A stretch of 64,000 nucleotides of DNA from Mytilus edulis. Taxonomy: Eukaryota. The position numbers and the translations under genes were made by a program. This document shows, one piece after another, positions 27,770 to 40,923 of this stretch. The stretch lies in assembly GCF_963676685.1 (NCBI RefSeq), contig NC_092354.1, forward strand, positions 22,816,001 through 22,880,000. The letters run 5' to 3'. The notes under the pieces are model-generated. The model was not told the DNA's origin and searched no databases. It saw only the letters and a program-made list of their open reading frames with translations. Each line of letters opens with the position of its first letter. Position 1 is the first letter of the stretch.

Positions 27770-30700
27770 ATGGCGGATGTTTACGTTCTGTGGCCCATAC
27801 CGAAGCTAAAAAATGAGCTTTCACGTCGTGGTGCCACTACTACCGGCAGAAAAACAGACTTAATTGAGAGGTTGATAATCCATTTTATATCTTTTTATTG
27901 ATTTACAGGTTATTTGTTTCAGTTTTGTTCTGTTTTAAGCTATGGATAAAACTGGATTGGCACCAAGGTCATAATCATGATCTGATCATTGAATCACTCG
28001 CCCATTATGGCAATATCTCCCGAATCTTGTTATCTAAATAATTTAATACCCATACACGATACTGTAATAATCCCAATAACTGCATTTCATCTGTACTTAA
28101 TGGCCTTACGTAGGGTTTTATCATGAAATACCGTGTTTATAAGATTAAAAAGGGGTGGATATAATTTAAATTAATAGACCTGTATCTTATCTTGTCACTT
28201 TCAGTTTTGATCCTGATGTGGCTGTTGTCATCCATCAAAGGGCCTTAGGGGTCCATCACACTGTTATTTATTCTATTTTGAACCTTTGGGAACCACTGTA
28301 TAATGTATTAAATTTACCAAATTTTACTTAATTCTAGTCTTTAGAAGTGTCAACTTGACACTATAATCTCTCTGTAATTTCAATCACTTTGGTAATTTTA
28401 TGTCGCTATTGTATATAACTCATTAGAACACTAATGAGTAATAGCTCATTTCACTAGCCAGAATAAATAATATAATTAGACTGACTACTCTACTATGCAT
28501 TCCCTGTATCCATTCTTCATTTTATGTAGGGATACTGATACTAGTGATGATGTGTAATCTAAATAATCTAAATAAATGGCAAAGATTGAAACCTGAACCT
28601 GATTGTTTGTGTTGTCATGTTTTTACAACAGTATAAAATAAAAAAATACTTTAAACGACCCTCAGACCTTCCTTGATAAAATTGAATGTGGTCAGCCGTA
28701 AAACAACAATTAAGCACAAGCTTCATTTTAATATCCTTTTTAAATCATAAAAATTCATATAAATTGAAAAGATCAAATAGGTGTGGTCAGCTTCATTTTA
28801 ATATCCTTTATAAATGTCATATAAATTGAAAAGGTAAAAAATGTTAACATAAATATGATCTGTAATTTTCTGCGGCACGAGAGAATTTTAATCACTATGC
28901 TCTATCACACAATATGTAAGGACAAATGTAACATTAACTCTAGTCTAGTAAAGTTTGGAGAACCTAAAGTGTCTGAAGCATAATAATGTCACACAATATG
29001 TAAGGACAAATGTAACATTAACTCTAGTCTAGTTTCGAGAACCTAAAGTGTCTGAAGCATAATAATGAGTCGTATTTATTGCAATGGATTTAGTACCTAT
29101 TTTTTTTACAATTTATAGTTCATTTCATTTTTTTTTTATTTTCAGTTTCCAGTTGGCATGCTTCCTGTTGTTGTTGGAATTAATTTGATTTGTCACAGTT
29201 AGGGGAAGTGCTAGTATGTTGATTTCAATATAACATCTTGGACTTCCTCTCTTGTTTCAATTTCATTTTCATCATATTTACTGTCCAAGTTGGAAAAAAG
29301 ATAAGTATGAAAATGGTGATCTCTGGTCAATGTTCAAACAAAAGTAAGTGTATTCTTATATTTTATGATATGTATGAAATGAGACTTATTGATTGCAACA
29401 GAGAAGCCAGTTGTTTTCCTACCGATATGAATGATATTAAACATGAGAAAACTATATTTTAAATTTTTAAATGCAGTGCGATATTTTATTTTTATTACAG
29501 ATTGAGAGCTTATGACAGAAATGCAAACTTCCGAGGTGTTCCTGTTAACTTGCCAGAACCATTAGAGCCACAGTGGCCTTTGACAGGATTCCAACAGTTA
29601 CGACCTGAACATAAAATTATGCTACCAAAACTTACTACAGAACAAATAGAGGGATACTTCCTATATCGGATGGCAGAAGATCGACAGGCCAGTGGGGATA
29701 TCAAGGCATTGGAAAAAGGGAAAAAAATGTTTGAATCACATAGAATTTTAGCCTGCAGCTTCTATCAGAGTGGTCAAAACACTTTCTTGAGTGGAATTGT
29801 TGGTGCAGCAATGAGACATAAGGTTCCATTAAATAAGAAATTCAGAAAATTAACACATTATATCATTTATTTTACTACTAGGGGGATTTGACTGCATATA
29901 ATCATGAGGGCCTCACACATTTGCTGCATAATTTATAATTTTTTTTAAGTCTTTTAGTTTTTTCAAACAATATTCATTTGTACTATATTCTGAAAGTCTC
30001 GGTTACATGTTAGTGCATACAAACAAATAATTTATAGTCCATATATTTGTCATTTAACTCTGTAAAAGTTTTGTGAATTCAATATTTATATGTCAACACA
30101 TACATTGGACCAGTTGTCACGGTTTTTGAGGGCACATTATTTAAATATTTACCTTGTCATAGTGGTCAAAATTGAATGAATGTTTACATGATCAAACCAG
30201 ATAAACTATGTTGATCATTTCTAACATTCCAAAGTACTAGTGGCTTCTTTTGACATAAAATAATTAGTGTGGTATGATTTCCACAATGAGACATATCCAA
30301 CAGAGTTCAATTTCATACATGTATGTAGTGGATATATAACTTTTATAAAGGACCTTCAACAATGATAAAATTCCACATTAAATATGTGAAATATTAATAA
30401 TTCAAATCATAAAAATAGGGGCCTCATTCATAACAAATCAGTTATGAAAAACACATATGACAAGGCTTTCTTAAATTTTATGAATGCATGCTTTTAAAGG
30501 TTGATACTATTGTGAAAGTAATACAATTCCTTCTACCTGTAGGTGACATACAACTATAAAATTAAAATTGATAGACGTACTGGGGAACCATTAAATTCTC
30601 ACTGTGAATGCCCAGCAGGAAAAGGACCACATGGTACATGCAAACATATTGCTGCTGTCATGATGATGTTGATGCATTTTATTCAAACAGGAGACGTACA

Positions 30701-33274
30701 GGTGGAAAAGTGTTGCACGGAAAACCTCCAGACTTTTCACAAACCTAAAGCTTTCTACAATGGTATTGTAAAGTAGTTCAAAACTCTAGATCAAGATTAC
30801 ACACACTGAAAAATCTCGCTTTCTTTACTTATCATTGACATTATGTTGATACACCTAAATATAAACTTTACTACAACTGTCACATATGAACCATGAAAAT
30901 AAGGTCAAGGTCAGATAAACCATGCCAGGCAGACATGTACAGCTAAAATGCTTCCATACACAAATACAGTTGACCTTTTGCTTAGAGTTTAAGAAAAATA
31001 CACCAAAACACAAAAATTTAACCCTGAACAATGAACCATGAAATTGAGATCAAGGTAAAAAAATAAAACTGCGGACTGACATAGATCATAAAATATTTCC
31101 ATACACCAAATATAGTGGACCTATGGCATATAGTATTAGATAAAAAGACCAAAACTCAAAACCTTAACTTTGACAACTGAACCATGAAAATGAGGTCAAG
31201 GTCAGATGATATCTGCCAGTTGGACATGTACACCTTGCAGTCCTTCCATACACCTAATATACTAGACCTATTGCTTATATTATCCGAGATATGGACTTGA
31301 CCATTAAAACCTAAATTTGTTCACTGATCCATGAAATGAGGTCGAAGTCAAAACATTTTCTGTGTATCTGCTAAGTAAATTGAAACCGACATGATTACAT
31401 ACTTGAGTAATAGGCAGAAAATGATTAAGAATGAAAAATTTGCATTGCCCCATTTTGCCAAATTGGAAAAAAACTTGATACAAAATATTTTTATTAGATC
31501 AAGGTGACATGACACTGTCAGTATAATTGCAATACATCGACATATCCTGCAAAATTATGTCATACAGGAACATATTTTTTTTATTCAAAAGCAACAAATG
31601 TATTTTCCAGGATCACCAGTAAAGACACAAAATATTCCATCTAAAAGGAAACATTTAGATAGTATTCTGGATGATCCACGACCAGCAAAGTTCCAGAATT
31701 TAAAGGGGTACAATGATCATGTCAGAAATTCCTTAATTAATTTTTGCTCAACATCTTCCATGGATATATCCTTACGCTATATATATCCAAAAGCAGATCT
31801 TCAAAATGCAGTTCATGACCATGACTATCTTGAAAGGCCATTTGCTGAGTATTGGATAGATAATGCCCTTAAGGTGAGTCTAATAGATGTTGTATGAGAG
31901 CCAATGAGACAATTCTCCATCCAAATAACAATTAATAAAAGTAAACCATTATAGGTAAATGTAAGGCCTTCAACACAGAGCCTTGGCTCACACCAAACAA
32001 CAAGCTATAAATGGCCCTAAAACTACTAGACTAAGAATGGATTACAAGAGACTAGGCTTGCCATCAAGATATTTATTCAAGAAATATTAAGCTTGGATAA
32101 CTTGTAAATATTTCTCCTGGTATTATGTATTATGATCTTTAAAGAAAAATGTATATATTTTTACACACATATTTTATAACTAAAGTCACATGACACAGGA
32201 TTCATGCATACATGTAGTAAGAACTTCTGATCACATCATGAGAAACATTTTTCTTGTCACTTTGAGATGAAGAACAGTAATGAAAATCACTGTTCCTTTG
32301 CTTGGCTGTGAATTTACTGATATTTCCCATATCCTTTGTTTTTCAATCAACTTGTTTTGATATTCATGAGATCTTTTGTTTTTATTAACACAATTAACGA
32401 TTGTATTTGGTATTCACAGACTATGAATTCTATGTGCTACTTTTTTTATTGACTTGCATTGAATAACAGAACTTGGGTATACAATTGTAACCTCTTCATC
32501 CTCAAATTTAGACTTGATCATGAACCAAAGACATGTATTTGTAAAATTCTATAACTAGCAATCGATATCTAATTGTTTCTACTCTGAATAAAGGTTAAAA
32601 ATAAATAATAATTCATTTTGTTGCAGGTTACTGAGAATGACTGCAAGGCAATAGAGAAATGTACGAGAAAGCAAAGTAAATGCAATGAGTGGTTCAGGCA
32701 TAGAAAATGGAGATTGACTGCGTCAAGATTTGGGGAAATTACCAGAATGACTTGTAGAAGAAACAAAAACAAACTATGCAAAACTTTAATTAATAGCCAT
32801 AAAATAGTTAGAAAGTGTTTGTTACATGGAAAACAATTTGAATCTAAAGCTATTTGCAAATTTGAGGTACAAAAAGGTGTAAAATGTAGGCCCTCAGGTC
32901 TGTTTGTTAGACCAGATTTCCCATTTTTAGGGGCTTCACCTGATGGCATTGTTGATGGTGATTTTTTAATAGAAGTTAAATGTCCATACAATGGAAGAAA
33001 TGATAAAATATTGCCAGGAAAATGTTTTCCATTCCTATACAGAAATAAATCTGGAGAAATAGCTTTAAAGGAGATAAGCACCTATTATGCACAAATTCAA
33101 GGTCAATTGTTTATTGCAAAAAGAAAATACTGCTATTTCATTGTGTATACTTTTGTAGATTTGTTTGTGCAAGTAGTCGATTATGACGAAAATTTCTGCC
33201 TTAACTCATTAGTTCCAAAATTATCCATGTTTTATGAGAAATACTTCAGACCATATTTGGCATCTTTGTTATAA
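27770..33274 (+). CDS. SAP - SWIM zinc finger - YqaJ (lambda-exonuclease-like) protein, 517 aa, 5 exons
   Basis: Exons 27770-27870, 29501-29822, 30543-30762, 31611-31873, 32627-33274 = 1554 nt, all GT-AG and in phase. SAP: IPKLKNELSRRGATTTGRKTDLIERL. SWIM: CECPAG..CKH. YqaJ: RLTASRF, GASPDG, IEVKCP, YYAQIQGQ. Confidence 0.92.
28905..29067 (+). repeat. ~83-bp tandem duplication in intron
   Basis: TCACACAATATGTAAGGACAAATG... occurs at 28905 and 28988. Confidence 0.85.
30800..31350 (-). mobile_element. HINE-like tandem-repeat element in YqaJ intron 3
   Basis: ACCATGAAAATGAGGTCAAGGTCAGA units at ~145-bp spacing. Confidence 0.6.
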
Positions 33275-34156
33275 CTCTCAAAGTTCAAACATTCACATGT
33301 TTTTTGGTATTCTAAAAACATTAATTGTACTTTTAGATTAGATAACTGCTGCATCTTTGGTATTAAATAAAAAAAAAAGGATTCATTAAGAATTTTTCAA
33401 ATGTCGATAGTTCCAAATAATTTAATATTTTTATACATTCCATCGTGTCCATGCCTGCCATATGGCTTTCAAACATGTATCATAAATTTAATATTCTAAA
33501 TGAAATTAAACAATTTTGAACATAAAAATTTGAACCAATTTAACCAAGACAAAAATGAATAAACCAAAAACTTTTTTTTTTCTTTAAAAATTTTGTACAT
33601 GTACATGTATATCTAAAATGAAATTACATGGAATAAATGTGCCAAAATTTGGGAACCATGATTAATTCAATGTTTGTCAAGTAACATAATTAATAACAAG
33701 AGAAGAATATCAATTTGAAAATCAATCTTATTCTTTCAAATTTTGCAAGTCAATAAATAATTTATGTAGGTAGGTACATGTAAAATAAAGTTATAAATCT
33801 CATTTTTTAAATAATTAACATGCTTAAAAGTAACCAAAAAATTATGTGTGTTTCAAACTATCTTCAAAATTTTGAAAGACAATCAAATAATGTTATTATT
33901 TTGGCAAATTTTAAAAAGCATGTTATGATTGAAAATGCTTCAGTAAATCTGATATTAAAAGTAATGGCCTTACTTTTTTTCAAAGCCTTTTAAATATTTT
34001 GTATCAATTCTGCCATTAAAAGCCAAAGAATCACTTTAGACACATGAAACTGATAAAGTGTAATTTATAAATAAGCAAACAACATTTACATAAACAAGCA
34101 TTTACCATGTTTACAGTTCATCTGGTTTTGAGTAATTTTGTCAAATATATATATTC

Positions 34157-37100
34157 TTATGCATTTTCATTCACAATACACTTTCTGAAATTTGCAATAG
34201 AAAAACACACAAAAACAATTCTAGACCCAAGTATAAGTTTGCCTGATGGCAGTTCATTTTTCAAGATCTTAAATGTTTTGGCTAATCCAATAACTCGCTC
34301 TATGTGAATTCTTTTGGATGCTACTCTCCTGTCCCTTACAACTTCCTCAGGTTCCAACTGACTTTTTCCTTTAAGCATAGTGGGAGTGTTCACTTTCACA
34401 TCTTGTGCTGCAAATAAATCCTGAACCATTATTCCTCTGTCTGCCATTATGCTATCTTTAGGTTCAAACAAATTCAAATTTAGCTGAAGCAATTCAGACT
34501 TTTCAATGATCTGACGGTCACTTGCTGAACCCCCATAAGCATCACTTACATATGATACTGTGCCTCTTGGTGTGCAACCTATCATGGTTTTAATTGTGTT
34601 TTTATGTTTGTAGCTAGACCATGTCACACTTTGTGCATCAACATGTGATGGCTTCTGTATAGGGGTTTCAGTAGCATCTAAAATCACCCGGGTAGTTGCA
34701 AATTTGTTCTTAAAATCATCCGGCATATAATCAGTAACAATATCTCTAGATGGCCAAATGTTTATCTCTTTTAATTGAAAGTATAAGAAATTAATCCAAG
34801 TTATGACAATCTTTGACACAGTTGACTCAGACACTTCAAATAAAAAACTTAATTCTATATCTTCTTTGTTCTGACGTAACTTCAGTAAACACATAAACAG
34901 TTGATCTTTTGGTGTCAAAGACAGACATTGGTAATTTAACTCATTTACAGCTGGGCCTAAACAATTGAAAAACAACATAAAATGCTCGTAGTCCCTGAAT
35001 GAAGTATAATATTGCACACGTTTTGGATCATTCTCCAAATTATCAATACCAAATCTTCCAAGTAAGGTACAGTGTACTCCCATTTCCTGTTGCAAAGGCT
35101 CAATACCATCTAAGTCGTCAGATTCTTCTTTGACCTCTGCCTCGTTACCAACCTCAACTTCCATCTGTACATTATTGACCACGCTTAAGTCCACATCATC
35201 TCGTCTACTGTATTTGGATGATCTGGGTGTAGAGTTTTCCCTAAACAAGAACAATGAAGGGACAGCATCTGGAAGAAGCCGCTTACGTGACCCTAAAAAA
35301 AAGGGCATTTTTGTTACTTCAATCAATATGAAAGAAAAAACATTAAACAGGCCATAACAATTAATGGCAATATATTGACATCAACTCTCTTTTTATATAA
35401 AAAAATTTAAAAATAGAGATAGACTTTTATAGCTGACTTTGCAGTATAGGCTTTGCTCATTGTTAAAGGCCGTAAAGTGACCTATAGTTGTTAATGTTTG
35501 TGTCATTTTGGTCTTCTGTGGATAGTGGTCTCATTGGCAATCATACCACATCTTCTTTTTTAAAGTGTTTATATTTAGTGGTGAACATTATAGCTTATAT
35601 CTGGCCTTGAACCTGTTATTGTGATACATGTAGAAATAATGTGTTTGAATCATTTTCTAGAAATTTGAGAAAATATAGCAACTCCCCCTAGCCCTTGAAA
35701 CATAAGGTTTTCCTATAAAATAGGTTAAGAAAAAGAATACTGAAACCAAAGATGTTTTTTGATTGTCCTTTTCAAGTCATATCTTTTTTTAGAACAAATT
35801 TAAAAATTAAATGAATGGTTTATGTTTAGTGGCAAATATTACATGCTTATATCAGGAGTTAAACCTGTTAATTTGATACTAATAATGTGTTTAAATCAAG
35901 CTTTTTGCTTGGCAGATATTTTTTAATAAACTATTTCAAAAAGTCATGTCAACTCTCCCACTCCCAGACAAATTGATATGATTCAAGAGTCTTCACTTTT
36001 ATCCCTAAAAGTTGTGTGAGTAGCTGTGTAGCAGCAAATACCAATTTTTAAGTTTTCAATTTAATTGGTATCAAACTATCAAATGCTTGACCACCTAAAC
36101 TGCATGAACAAATTATTTTTGACGAAAAGTTAGTAAACAAAGATGCAGCATTTCATTCAAATATTAATGAGTGATTGCAATAAAGTTCCTTAATAAAATG
36201 TAATATAATTATAACTTGATTTCACTATATTAAGGTGGTACCTAACACTACAGGGAGATAACTCTGTAAAGTCAAATTAACGTTATAATTACATTGTGTT
36301 GTAAAGGGAATATTAAGCTTTTCATTCATAAAAATTGGTGTTTGTCAAATTGCTATATAACCACTGTAATTTTTCTGACAAAACGGATGGTTCAAAATTT
36401 TCAAATTTTTTATATTTTTGTTCAAGGGTCAAAGTAAATACTGTGTTCAAATTTTATGAAAATTAAGCAAGCCAAATTAAATTAAGTGAAAGTGTTGTGT
36501 ACCACCTTAATACATTTTTTTCTGAAACAATATAATTATTCAACTTGAACTTATTATTTTAGATTGTACCATCTGTCTAATGAATGAGTTATTGCCCTTT
36601 GTACACAAAATATTTATTTGTTGTTCATTATTTATTCATGTGGTTATTTTTAATGTTCCTGTATGCGGTAAATATATAGTTATTAATATAAATACTTTTG
36701 TACATGTCAAATGCAGATGTTGCATAATGAATCTGAGATGAATTTGTTTTTTATTCTGCCTTATAACCTGTTAATAGAATTTTTTTAATTACAACAGCAT
36801 TGAAAATCAAAGCTTATTCCATAAAGTGATACATTTCAACAATACTGAATTCCTGATTCCAGACATTAGAGACTGTGTGTTGGTCAGATCAATGGTCCCT
36901 TTCAAAATGAATGTGCATCTAGGTTTTCTGTAAAAACAAACAAAAAACACAAAGCAAACAAAGCAAATATCATGCAAAAATAACAGAAATTCACTAGTAA
37001 TGATAAAATGAAATGAATTTGAGTCTGAGTCTGAAAGAATTTGACCATGGAAAAAAGATGCCAAATTACAAAAAGGATGTATAGGATTAATGATGTGCTC

Positions 37101-38841
37101 CTTCAAAATTCGTTTGAGAGTAAAACAGAATACTGTTAGTGTTATCCATATTAGCACAAGTTGCTCAATAAGGCAGGTCTAAGAGGTAAAACAAATTACT
37201 GTTTCTTATTTTCATGTCAAGGCTTTTTATAGTCAGCTATATAATGGAGTTTTTCTCATTGTTAAAGGCAAAAAGTTGCCTCTAATTGCCTACATCCACT
37301 TCATTTGAAGTTGCTAGTAGACAGCAGTTGTGAATCCAGAATTTTTCATAAGTGAAGGCCCACTGACTGTCTAAGAGGGGGCTGCTATGGCCATGCTTCA
37401 ATGATTTTCTATATAATCAACGAAATTTTGCTAGAATAGGAGGGCAGGCCCCCTGGAAGGCCTCTAAATCCACCGCTGGACAGCTTTCTCACTGACAAGC
37501 ATACAACTTCTAATTTTATGTTAATTTCTTGTTTGAATTGCTTCACATTTATTCATGTGTGATATTTAATAACCAACTATATGGTATGGGATGTCTTCTT
37601 GTAAGATGTGTCAATGATACTCAAGAATGTGATGATGTCCATGTCAGATACAAGTCATATAATACATTTGTAATATATATGAATCAATGATATTGTAACC
37701 AAAGGTAAAAATTTGGCAACATATTTGCATAACTTAAACAAATACATGTAGTTAAAATACAAGATTGTGTCATTTATCTCATCTACATTTTTAAATGTTC
37801 ATTCTTACATTCTTAAAACTTTTAAAAGTAAAATATCCAGGTTATACAGTGTATAGTACAGTGACCATATAGTTGTTAATGTTTGTGTCATTTTTGTCTT
37901 TTCTGGATAGTTGTCTCATTGGCAATCATACCACATCTCCTTTTTTATATAGTGGAAGCCAAATGCAGCTATGAATAGTTTGTTGCTAGAAAAACAATTG
38001 TCATTCAATATATTGTATGTTTTATTAAATTTGACTGCAAAGTGTAGGATGAAATTTATGAAGACCCATCTGAAATAGATACATGTAGACAAATGTCTAA
38101 TCAGCTAAACAAAACTATATTTGGGAGGTTTGAAAAGCTGACACCTAGTACTATATAGGTACATGTAAAAATGTATGTGACTATGTCCTTAAAGGCCCAA
38201 TTTATAGAAAGGTAATTTAATACTGTCCTTTTAACAAACAAAAAAAGACAAGTTGAATGAAAAAACTCATTTGACACAAAATTGCATTTGTAGAAATTGG
38301 TTTATAAACATGATGAACAATGAATATATATATATGTAGTGATTCTTCAAACAAGTAAACAAGCCCAAGCTGCTAAAAAAAATACAAAAACCTGTTGCTA
38401 CAGTACAATAAACATGATAAAATATAATTGATACATATTTTAAAAAATAAACAAGGAAAATGTGCTGCCAAAGTGCACTTAAAAACTGATTTATATTCAT
38501 AATCATATTATATTTGCCATTATCTGCGCTTAAAATTGACATCCACTTGTGAAAGGTATATGACTTGTTCTTGGAAGTATCACTACACTTTAAAAAATTC
38601 AATAAATATTAATGTTATTCATTTTGAAAGTTATCTAACCTAATAGTCCCGAAACTCTGTAGTCAGCCTCCTTGAAATGGGCGGCACAAACAACGTCATG
38701 TTTCCCTGGCTTCCAGAGACCTTTTGTGGTAGAGTCTCTTCTTTTAATAGCCACTCTCCATCTAAGTTGCAATTCTCTTTCTTCAGGAAACTTGTGACCA
38801 CCAGAATTCGTACATCCAGGAACACTACAATACTGTGGCAT
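34157..38841 (-). CDS. ISL2EU transposase: THAP zinc finger - HTH - DDE (DDE_Tnp_4-like), 445 aa, 2 exons
   Basis: Exon 38841-38640 (MPQYCSVPGC..HKFP..W..VCAAHF) joins 35292-34157 (LLPDAVPSLF; LTPKDQLFMCLLKLRQ; ILDATE; MADRG; RIHIERVIG) = 1338 nt with no stops. Confidence 0.93.
36234..36506. mobile_element. Kolobok-like MITE, TTAA TSD, in transposase intron
   Basis: TTAA|GGTGGTAC..AACACT ... AGTGTT..GTACCACC|TTAA. Confidence 0.8.
37325..37478. mobile_element. Small MITE with CAG termini
   Basis: CAGTTGTGAATCCAGA ... AATCCACCGCTG, flanked by GACAG direct repeats. Confidence 0.55.
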
Positions 38842-39651
38842 CTTCTTTAATCTTTAAAATTCGCGGTGTTTACGTTGACAACAATATGGCGCTTTTTTGA
38901 TAGATCACGAGGAGTTCCGAAAGTATAACTGATGGAACAATACGCCACCTATTAGCGAAAAAAACGTAGGTGCAAGCCATTGTAACAATTTAGACACATG
39001 AATGTCATGATATTAACAGGGAAATTCCTAAAATTATTATGACGTCACACACTTATGATTTCTTGGTGTAAAACGGTTGTACACAGAAGGACAAAACTGT
39101 AATATTGAATGAAAATGGTTTGTTTAGAAAAGTGTCGGCGTAGTTGGTAGTACTAGCTAGCCTATAGTATACAGTAGGAAACACGTTTGTATTTCGAATT
39201 TGTGAAAATCATACAAAACACAGGGTACATGGAGACTACACAGTGCGTTACACAATTGTGGAATGTCAAACTGAGCTACAGCCTACATTCTTCGGACAGT
39301 CTAGTATGGTATTTGTTTCTGATCTAAACTGTGAAAATACTGACATCATCAAAAAAAAACCCAGTATAAGCCGAGTGTTAACTATTTGTTACACTGATTT
39401 CGATGATCAATGTGTGTGCATCATTTGTCAATTCGGAAATGTGTCTATGTGATCAGTGGACTTAGAATAACAAAGCAATATACATTCAATCTATTCCTAA
39501 AATATGGATTATCACATACTTCTGTGATGCTGTGACCAGTAAACTTTATAGAAGTCATGGCAAATACATGGTAAGTCATTTTTTTCTTACGTTATTTTTA
39601 TTACTTTTACTGGGAATGAACTGAAAGTCGATTATTTAATTCCTATATAAA

Positions 39652-40918
39652 ACTAGAGGCTCTAAAGAGCCTGTGTCGCTCACCTTGGTCTATGTGCATA
39701 TTAAACAAAGGACACAAATGGATTCATGACAAAATTGTATTTTGGTGATGGTGATGTGTTTGAAGTTCTTACTTTCTGAACGATTTTGCTTCTAACAATA
39801 TTATCTATAATGAACTTTGCCCATTAGTAACAGAGAACTATATTTGGTAAATAAAGGCAACAGTAGTATACCGCTGTTCAAAACTCATAAATCCATGGAC
39901 AAAAAACAAAATCGGGATAACAAACTAAAAAATTTACATAAATTTACCAAATTAATGAAAATTGTTAAAAATTGACTATAAAGGGCAATAACTCCTTTAG
40001 GGGTCAATTGACCATTAAGGTCATGTTGACTTATTTGTAGATCTTACTTTGCTGAACATTATTGCTGTTTACAGTTTATCGCTATCTATAATAGTATTCA
40101 AGATAACCAAAAACGGCAAAATTTCTTTAAAAATTACCATTTGGAGGGCAGCAACCCAACAACCAGTTGTCCAATTCATCTGAAAAATAGATATTGACTT
40201 GATTAACAAATTAACTTCTTGTCAGATTTGCTCTAAATGCTTTGGTTTCATAGTTATAAGCCAAAAACTGCATTTTACCCCTATGTTTTATTTTTAGCTG
40301 TGGCGGCGATCTTAGTTGGTTGACCAAGTCATGCCACACATTTTTTAAACTAGATACCCCAAAGATGATTGTGGCCAAGTTTGGATTAGTTTGGCCCAGT
40401 AGTTTCAGAGGAGAAGATTTTTGTAAAAGATTACTTCAATTTACGAAAAATGGTTAAAAATTTACTATAAAGGGCAATAACTCCTAAACGGGTCAACTGA
40501 CCATTTTCGTCATGTTGACCTTTTTGTAGATCTTACTTTGATGAACATTATTGCTGTTTACAGTTTATCTCTATCTATAATAATATTCAAGATAATAACC
40601 AAAAACAGCAAAATTTCCTCAAAATTACCAATTCAGGGGCAGCAACCCAACAACGGGTTGACTGATTCAACTGAAAATTTCAGGGCAGATAGATATTGAC
40701 TTGATTAACAATTTAACTTCTTGTCAGATTTGCTCTAAATGCTTTGGTTTCATAGTTATAAGCCAAAAACTGCATTTTACCCCTATGTTCTATTTTTAGC
40801 CGTGGCGGCCATCTTGGTTGGTTGACCGGGTCACGCCACACATTTTTTAAACTAGATACCCCAATGATGATTGTGGCCAAGTTTGGTTTGATATGGCCCA
40901 GTAGTTTCAGAGGAGAAG
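39652..40918 (+). repeat. Element with ~490-bp tandem units (HINE-like), truncated by the inverted duplication
   Basis: AAAGGGCAATAACTCCT at ~39981 and ~40470; GGCTCTAAAGAGCC hairpin at start; reverse-complement fragment at ~54360-54635. Confidence 0.8.
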
Positions 40919-40923
40919 GTTTC

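Larger units (their letters stand above)
27705..38978. mobile_element. Complete ISL2EU-type DNA transposon (PIF/Harbinger-ISL2EU-Spy group)
   Basis: AT|GGCTTTCACC ... GGTGCAAGCC|AT; inner inverted motifs AGGTGGCG and ATCAGTTA at both ends; convergent YqaJ and THAP-DDE genes, each starting within 140 bp of a terminus. Confidence 0.92.

Noticed and set aside
27770-33274. Prophage or bacterial contamination (YqaJ viral recombinase)
   Set aside because: Spliceosomal introns, SAP/SWIM fusion and enclosure by transposon ends.
32569-35357. Antisense ORFs 32569-33081 and 35130-35357 (likewise 1460-1738, 15974-16390)
   Set aside because: Shadows of real coding exons with no motifs of their own.
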